12,498 nt of DNA from contig JAWALG010000028.1 of NCBI GenBank assembly GCA_038886995.1, positions 1 to 12,498 on the forward strand, written 5' to 3'. Both the position numbers and the translations under genes were made by a program. The stretch comes from Candidatus Iainarchaeum sp. GTDB lineage: Archaea > Iainarchaeota > Iainarchaeia > Iainarchaeales > DTGL01. Below, in pieces: positions 9,401 through 12,498 of this stretch. Position 1 is the first letter of the stretch, and every line of letters starts with the position of its first letter. Below the pieces are notes generated by a model. That model had not been told where the DNA came from, did no database searches, and worked only from the letters and a program-made list of their open reading frames with translations.

Positions 9401-11520
9401 TTTATCCCTATTACTGCCTGTGATGGCGCCTTGTCAAAGTAAAGTTCAAGCCATTTGTTTCTTTCATTTGCCGAGCCCCTGCTTGCAAGGTCTCTTTGTT
9501 CAGCAAGCGGTGGCTGGTAGCTTTTACCATACATGAAGCTGCTAACATTTCCATCAAAGCCAAAAATGCCAACCTCTTGTGAATCAGCAAGAGCAACACT
9601 ATCTGGGCCAACTCTCACATGAATTCCTGCTTTTTCTCCTTGAGGGAAAGTGACATTAAAGCGCAGCCATGCAAATTCGCCAGCAGTCACACCCTCAATA
9701 TTTTTGCCACTGGCATCAAATACTCCAGTAAACTCTATTGCTGGCTTTACGCCATCTGTTTGTTCTTTTTTATCAGGCCCTAAGCGCACCTCAGCAACAT
9801 TGTTTGCACCAACCCTAACCTCTTGTTCAAATGTTCTGCCATCTGGTGTTTTAACACTCACAAGGAAACTGTCGTTCATTTCACTGTCAAAGATTGCGCT
9901 GCCATTTACATTGCCAGTAAAGAGCACCTTTCCGCTTTTGCTTTTTACAGTGACTTCGCCCCTTAAAGGCAAACCATTTTCGTCAAGCAATACCAGTTCC
10001 ACAATGTTTGGCTTTCTTGAAAGGTTTATGTCTACCTGTTGGTCAATGCCAGCCATCACTACTATTTCCCTTTCACCATATTCAATTTCAGTTTCAGCTG
10101 TTATAAGGAATGTTCCCTCTGGCAGTGTTTCAATTATTGTTCCAGTAAGACCTGTTTTTCTTACAGGTATTCCCACAGGAATCTTCATTTCATTTGCTAT
10201 GCGATAATATTTAACTGCGGCATTGTTTGCAATGTTGCCTGAGCTGTTCCTTACAGTTATTCTCACGAGTGCCGAATTTTGCGCTGTTGGCTTTTCAAGC
10301 TTAATATCCATGCTTTTGGTTCCTGCACTTATCCTTCCATATGCTGGTAGAAAGCCCTCCTTATATGCAGTAACATAGTAATCTTTGTTTGGGTCAACAC
10401 CATCAAATGAAGCATTTCCCAAAACAGCAGTTTTCTTTGCGGAAACAAGCTGCAAGTTTGAGTCATAAAGCGAAACATCTGCATTTACCTGTACGATGCC
10501 ATCCTTTGAAGTGACATTTATTGTAAGCTGTGCACCGCCTTTCTTTAAGTATATCTTTTTCACAACTTCTGCTGTCCTTATGGTAAACTCTTCAACATAG
10601 CTTAAGTAGCCAGCTTTTTCAATGATAATCCTTACTTGGGTGTTTATCTTTATCTTCTCAGTATGGTCGCCGCTTTGAGAATTTATATCTGTTATCGTAA
10701 CACCAGTTGCGGAATTTATAATTCGAATGCTAACCCCTTTGACAAGATTTTTTGTTTCTTCGTCGTATACACTTATCAGCAGCGTACTTAAATTCACATC
10801 AACTGTTTTTGGCTTAAGCTTCACTACTTTAGTTTCCCCTTCATCGAACCGCATCGCTTCTTGTAAATCTTCATATCCATCAGCCGTGCACTTTAGCACA
10901 ACATCTGCTTTCTGAGGCACATTTACCATGAAAAGCCCATCAGCATCACGCACTAAATTCAAAGTATTCCTGTCAAACGAAACCTCGCACCTTGCATTTC
11001 TGACAAGAGTTGAAGTTAGTTCATCAATAAGCCGAACTTTTGCAGAGACAAGCTTGGCTTCTCTTTTAAGCGTAATGTTTATGGTTAAATTATTAGAATT
11101 TACCTCTTTCTCAGCAGATGCGCTCCTATAGCCAGCTTTTGAAGCCGATGCGGATATCATTGACCCAATTTTGATCCTCTTCAATTCTAATTTGTATCCA
11201 CTTTCCACAGTTGTGCTTTTCAGCGTTTGGCCTTCGTTGTATACTTCAATTTTAACGTCGCTTAGCGATTGTCCAGCGTCATCCCTGACAATGATAGTCA
11301 AGCTGACATCTGTGTAAGCGCCACCACCTGCAAATGAGAAAAATATTACCAAAAGAAGCACTATGACTGCTATTGTAAAAGGCAAAGAGGGTATGCCTCT
11401 GTTCTCAAGAAATTCAGCATAGCTATATGCAGGAATGCCTTTTTCCTGCAGCGCTTTAAGCAACTCAAACCATTTTTCCTCTATGTTTGCGTAAATAGAG
11501 CCAAGCTTATCCATTATCAT
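3424..11520 (-). CDS. Giant (2698 aa) membrane-anchored multi-domain surface protein, carboxypeptidase regulatory-like domain-containing
   Basis: Single uninterrupted ORF. N-terminal amphipathic segment and TM helix (LPFTIAVIVLLLVIFFSFAGG). Six ~85-aa beta-sandwich repeats at aa ~70-580 (V-x-D starts; KAGY/ADGY/KEGF motifs) and a seventh at about nt 8545-8765. Further Ig-like domains (TIAPGETKTIEL, TLAPGEE, LYPDES motifs), a Cys-rich mid-region, a helical module at aa ~2064-2473 and a distinct C-terminal domain. About two dozen N-x-S/T sequons by manual count. GGAGTG RBS 6 nt upstream; an alternative ATG lies at 11514. Confidence 0.92.
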   Translation of the reverse strand: MIMDKLGSIYANIEEKWFELLKALQEKGIPAYSYAEFLENRGIPSLPFTIAVIVLLLVIFFSFAGGGAYTDVSLTIIVRDDAGQSLSDVKIEVYNEGQTLKSTTVESGYKLELKRIKIGSMISASASKAGYRSASAEKEVNSNNLTINITLKREAKLVSAKVRLIDELTSTLVRNARCEVSFDRNTLNLVRDADGLFMVNVPQKADVVLKCTADGYEDLQEAMRFDEGETKVVKLKPKTVDVNLSTLLISVYDEETKNLVKGVSIRIINSATGVTITDINSQSGDHTEKIKINTQVRIIIEKAGYLSYVEEFTIRTAEVVKKIYLKKGGAQLTINVTSKDGIVQVNADVSLYDSNLQLVSAKKTAVLGNASFDGVDPNKDYYVTAYKEGFLPAYGRISAGTKSMDIKLEKPTAQNSALVRITVRNSSGNIANNAAVKYYRIANEMKIPVGIPVRKTGLTGTIIETLPEGTFLITAETEIEYGEREIVVMAGIDQQVDINLSRKPNIVELVLLDENGLPLRGEVTVKSKSGKVLFTGNVNGSAIFDSEMNDSFLVSVKTPDGRTFEQEVRVGANNVAEVRLGPDKKEQTDGVKPAIEFTGVFDASGKNIEGVTAGEFAWLRFNVTFPQGEKAGIHVRVGPDSVALADSQEVGIFGFDGNVSSFMYGKSYQPPLAEQRDLASRGSANERNKWLELYFDKAPSQAVIGIKVKTENIGKENDFEVHYRAWSEIGANVFRDPEDSTLKNEKTSNAKQALYAETKVARVRILEGKAECSQDLCLELAIIDSNNLKLKEEGFSAAEGQPYALEITVRSDKRMNAELTVRSENSNVMLSDLSEDLLSFSPKAEFSKAELRGSLKLDGNTPKSVRAYFKGNAPGAATLVAFVRAADLNASKKVSFNVTGSRQIIAEIYKNGEIKAGEKLKVTLRDAETKEAITHAFVSVARDGEVLLSTAGNNTNENGANGSYTLGTDKLSPGKYVLTAKATGYKEATFPLVISAEKMLSIEPQLEIMLNKGEKQRSAKIKLTNNSFDVIDKLGYEVKGLTGDTGDFNIIVALPAKIDINRSIDIEVVATYKGDPEKRAYAEFELTVSGSENPVVTAKSRIKISYNKEIPPECIEIDKSEAEMHFSGISGSTEVLPLTITYKNEAFCNKPLTFTPKMKSDDNKITLTAQPFTIAPGETKTIELKITNNAERVGVFEQKVEATILLDAPEITKSVSLGILFTDPAYALQTNDNIPIFMSFDTSKGSFTGTAPLFAKNFGKKVIENIRWSVKAPQQIEVYITSAGSSTPAQPQSTPGLQMPGMQNFVQAPPTPYIQGNPAMTGTQFAVTLAPGEEMEPRTILATSNAANLTRGPHKGEIVLTGTVDGKQFQKVVSIWVFVSTAQCIKISPVDELYFSSEDSSQGVISKKINIKNECGEVIRNFLLKPQNLGNNTLGITLLGDKEFLYPDESAQAQILLSKRGDYFNAQRPDNITVSGFLVNSQKFVDSNPLPVLVEVGKKPDVSGGPAYKEVQLPVCGEPPSVTKSVQFPVMSADIGCESGYCDAMQLSGYIVERIKGVMQKVDKVLQQNDLVSSYAMCSQTEGFCSFSAMGIVPEVYTVYMRNDSLGKEVLQRRVESSKEFSTFITEYFQGDVSDIVKSATGFTTSKIFMTKPLVGCGRYKLSVQGAVQNVQGRLSRENYFILVKVVEDRKVTPECMMRIQNIANFLPLDRGLTADKHYNTWLGTTEGTDAMRKAAEVFSQKLFDDKRRVNVAYHTNKLKVILGEIPESGIAKISMNQVSQQQAQPAVLGVTLNKLYVTLDEKMQDEMIAKASEALKQLMEGSFTIEGCITKDESALIISKLEHTGDLDIEKASDTIELYYGMPMCVDMNVVSTTLEPVVLKTSFASMSENEKAGIQEVWIEVDGKRILEYSENQEGTAISLEKESEESKKFKKSFKLCVRANDTYFELAAGKKIGVKARSVIFATKEMRSWKEVTLEICGIHPYKLIQKMSNEKVEPGKSKVFYATVGWKGEPNEIDFAAATRGLTASDRLKKAQELMDEVGKGGRIDDSPIGQKILDLKRKGYGLYFGACLLTSFICHVVTGLDPLGLKAFINAVIDCLPATAGGLLGTTKAGQGFYKALGDAWETVKSNLRWFYAPWSSGKATPNTEAGLYGQAMDEYWDNAVPAAILGFEADWLATELRSYVFSKGWSKLPMDRVSRLGLIDSIAEEMSQQATKSFTSKYLVNVSQSASDEFVNALTPTLQQSLKRSIASTLEEKAKEQGTKALGEVIKDGSVVKSMWQKATSDESIKTIVYSKGMKPGSGIEKLIASQTDDFFAKNINVDEIKAMFRSSYKVDPEKLASAIADKIEEAGYKTYGVRFTKGMREGVEASVKRAVGPDSLSPDNLDIYINKALERVKMDQGNNLMQRYGENVLSNADDVMKQTQQPGAFKRMLSALKTRTFWARLAKSIACGAASNAAGYAAYSAYVKGGIEDLMDKGYIPEAGVSIGDPSKLISGYTGPKLLKNRTYKITISRDDYGNTSYNLELVDTPEEIEEMRSTISKNPSALWREDCKEYREKGLSEMVGCLAPKVGDYIKPEDVVAYYKNSGFIREASIQFNLQEALIMAALTTRFENFEPCPVNQKWYESEEGEIKLTINCVAMHISEKLAANQDNIRSAFEVLSKERSADKARTYAMDVEVKYRIWQTYDTCKAEQR
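3426..3430 (-). promoter_or_regulatory. Shine-Dalgarno-like GAGGT overlapping the stop codon of the giant gene (probable translational coupling)
   Basis: Minus strand reads gcaGAGGTaattttATG. GAGGT lies 6 nt upstream of the ATG at 3419 and includes the T of the TAA at 3426-3424. Confidence 0.6.
9781..11313 (-). repeat. Six tandem, diverged carboxypeptidase-regulatory-like (CnaB/transthyretin-like) protein repeats
   Basis: Repeat starts: SLTIIVRDDAGQSLSDVKIEV, SAKVRLIDELTSTLVRNARCEV, TLLISVYDEETKNLVKGVSIRI, QLTINVTSKDGIVQVNADVSL, LVRITVRNSSGNIANNAAVKY, IVELVLLDENGLPLRGEVTV. Visible at protein level only; no near-identical DNA repeats were seen. Confidence 0.8.
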
Positions 11521-11526
11521 TTCTTA

Positions 11527-11532
11527 CACTCC
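11527..11532 (-). promoter_or_regulatory. Shine-Dalgarno-like GGAGTG for the giant gene
   Basis: Minus strand reads cgattGGAGTGtaagaaATG with a 6-nt spacer to the ATG at 11520, which favours the first of the two nearby ATGs. Confidence 0.6.
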
Positions 11533-11567
11533 AATCGCTGATTTATGAATAAGAAATGTTATTGTTA

Positions 11568-11590
11568 TTAATATAATTATTGTTTTTTGC
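11568..11590 (-). promoter_or_regulatory. Possible internal TATA/BRE promoter upstream of the giant gene
   Basis: Minus strand reads gcaaaaaacaataa-TTATATTAA, with the TATA-like element immediately after the sortase stop codon and about 50 nt before the ATG. The 56-nt gap is very AT-rich, so a chance match is possible. Confidence 0.3.
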
Positions 11591-12227
11591 CTTTGCTGCG
11601 TTTTTTTTCCAATAAGAGCATTCTCTTAAGGGCAGCTATCGAGCTAAAATCTCTTGTTGAAATAAAAAACCAAGCAGCATAATAAAGAGCAATCCCAACA
11701 AAAAGAGTTACCCTGAAAAGCACATTATGTATAAAATCCACTGTGCCAATGTCATTTAAATTTGCTATTGCAACAATCGTGGCAACGATCCTGAGGATAT
11801 TCAGGGCGTTCACAAAGGCAACCCCAACCAGAGCACCAATGGCTCTTTTCTTAATGCTAATCCCGGCTGAAGCAGCAATTGCACTTATAATTAGTGTGGT
11901 TTCAAGAAGGCCTGTGCATAAGTAGCTTATCTCAATATTGTGCTTTGAGTTTACAATAATCTTTGCAGGTTCTCCAAACAGAACTTCAGCAGAATAGCCC
12001 AAAATTTCAAGGACTGTTGCTGTTGTCTTTGCTGTTAAAAATTCAAAAATCTCCAAAGGCAGAAAATAAAAAATAATGGAAATAATAAAAAAATAAATTA
12101 GAAACAAGATTAGAAACTTTGCTGAAGCCAACAGCTCCTTCTTTAATCGCTGCTTGCCAACTTTTTTCTCATCGTGTCCCGAAAAACTACTAGCCCTTTT
12201 TTTACCCGGTGCGCTTTTTTTAGCCAT
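11577..12227 (-). CDS. Archaeosortase/exosortase-family membrane protein (short form)
   Basis: 216 aa with about 4-5 hydrophobic helices. Family signature motifs in the expected order: I-x-I-x-x-x-C-T-G (IEISYLCTG, Cys104), N-x-x-R-I (NILRI, Arg146) and His167 (DFIHNVLFR), preceded by the typical segment TAKTTATVLEILGY. Lys/Arg-rich tails at both ends. Subfamily cannot be assigned by eye. Confidence 0.85.
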   Translation of the reverse strand: MAKKSAPGKKRASSFSGHDEKKVGKQRLKKELLASAKFLILFLIYFFIISIIFYFLPLEIFEFLTAKTTATVLEILGYSAEVLFGEPAKIIVNSKHNIEISYLCTGLLETTLIISAIAASAGISIKKRAIGALVGVAFVNALNILRIVATIVAIANLNDIGTVDFIHNVLFRVTLFVGIALYYAAWFFISTRDFSSIAALKRMLLLEKKRSKGKKQ

Positions 12228-12242
12228 TTTTTATAGCCCTTT

Positions 12243-12498
12243 TTAGCTAGAGTACCTAAGGACTATTAAGCAACATGGTTGATCCCTGAATAACTCGTCA
12301 TCAAGGCATCTGCACCTAAATGAGCCGCCGTCCATCCACTCTACTTTTATCTCTGGAAGATCCTCTTCGATATAGGTCTTTAATCGTGTTGCTGAAGAAT
12401 GACAAATAACAGTAAATGTTACCTGGACATTGTCCCTGTTGTAGGTGATTCTTGAACCATCCTCTACAACAGTCCATTGCCTCTCTTTTGAGCCCTCT
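12243..12498 (-). CDS. C-terminal end of a Cys-rich hypothetical protein, probably exported; partial (5' end outside the window)
   Basis: Not in the ORF track. The frame from 12497 is open for 84 codons to TAA at 12245-12243: EGSKERQWTVVEDGSRITYNRDNVQVTFTVICHSSATRLKTYIEEDLPEIKVEWMDGGSFRCRCLDDELFRDQPCCLIVLRYSS. It ends 15 nt before the sortase ATG and has 5 Cys (C, CxC, CC). Confidence 0.75.
   Translation of the reverse strand, partial: EGSKERQWTVVEDGSRITYNRDNVQVTFTVICHSSATRLKTYIEEDLPEIKVEWMDGGSFRCRCLDDELFRDQPCCLIVLRYSS

Noticed and set aside
4923-9611. Short alternative-frame minus-strand ORFs 4923..5153 and 9411..9611
   Set aside because: They are nested in the giant CDS, are of a length expected by chance, and have no recognisable features.
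11385-11445. KG|IP and RG|IP in the giant's N-terminus as class III cleavage sites
   Set aside because: Pro at +2 is atypical and the paralog has HS-IP at the equivalent position, so prepilin-type processing is not supported.
3424-11520. Giant protein as an active carboxypeptidase, an intein-containing protein or an RHS/RTX toxin
   Set aside because: Only the non-catalytic regulatory-like repeats are seen. No zinc-peptidase motif, intein terminal or LAGLIDADG motifs, YD repeats or GGxGxD repeats were recognised.
11557-11590. Short ACAATA/AATAAC direct repeats around the sortase stop codon
   Set aside because: Too short and too AT-rich to distinguish from chance, and not CRISPR-like.
761-11925. 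Numerous plus-strand ORFs of 60-185 aa (e.g. 761..1216, 4145..4636, 8612..9115, 9650..10207)
   Set aside because: All are antisense to long minus-strand genes and are rich in Ser/Leu/Phe/Thr as expected for shadow frames, with no recognisable motifs.

Overview
A gene-dense, moderately AT-rich, archaeal-type window in which every supportable gene lies on the minus strand. In transcription order: (1) the 3' end of a small Cys-rich protein gene (12243..>12498, absent from the ORF track); (2) an archaeosortase/exosortase-family membrane protein with intact Cys/Arg/His motifs (11577..12227); (3) a giant 2698-aa N-terminally anchored surface protein (3424..11520); (4) a 563-aa, 16-Cys protein with a class III (type IV pilin/archaellin-like) signal peptide (1728..3419); (5) the first 542 codons of a paralogous surface protein (<1..1626, absent from the ORF track, translated by hand). 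The giant protein has carboxypeptidase-regulatory-like and Ig-like repeats, a Cys-rich mid-region, a ~410-aa helical module bounded by hydrophobic Gly/Ala-rich segments, and a C-terminal domain that by eye resembles a degenerate SLT lytic-transglycosylase fold. The content suggests a DPANN archaeon, possibly Iainarchaeota/Diapherotrites-like (inference only). The best candidate for a novel system is a cell-surface attachment or envelope-engaging apparatus linked to a sortase that has no canonical C-terminal substrate in view. No RNA genes, CRISPR arrays or mobile elements were seen. All domain calls are by-eye motif recognition, not database results.
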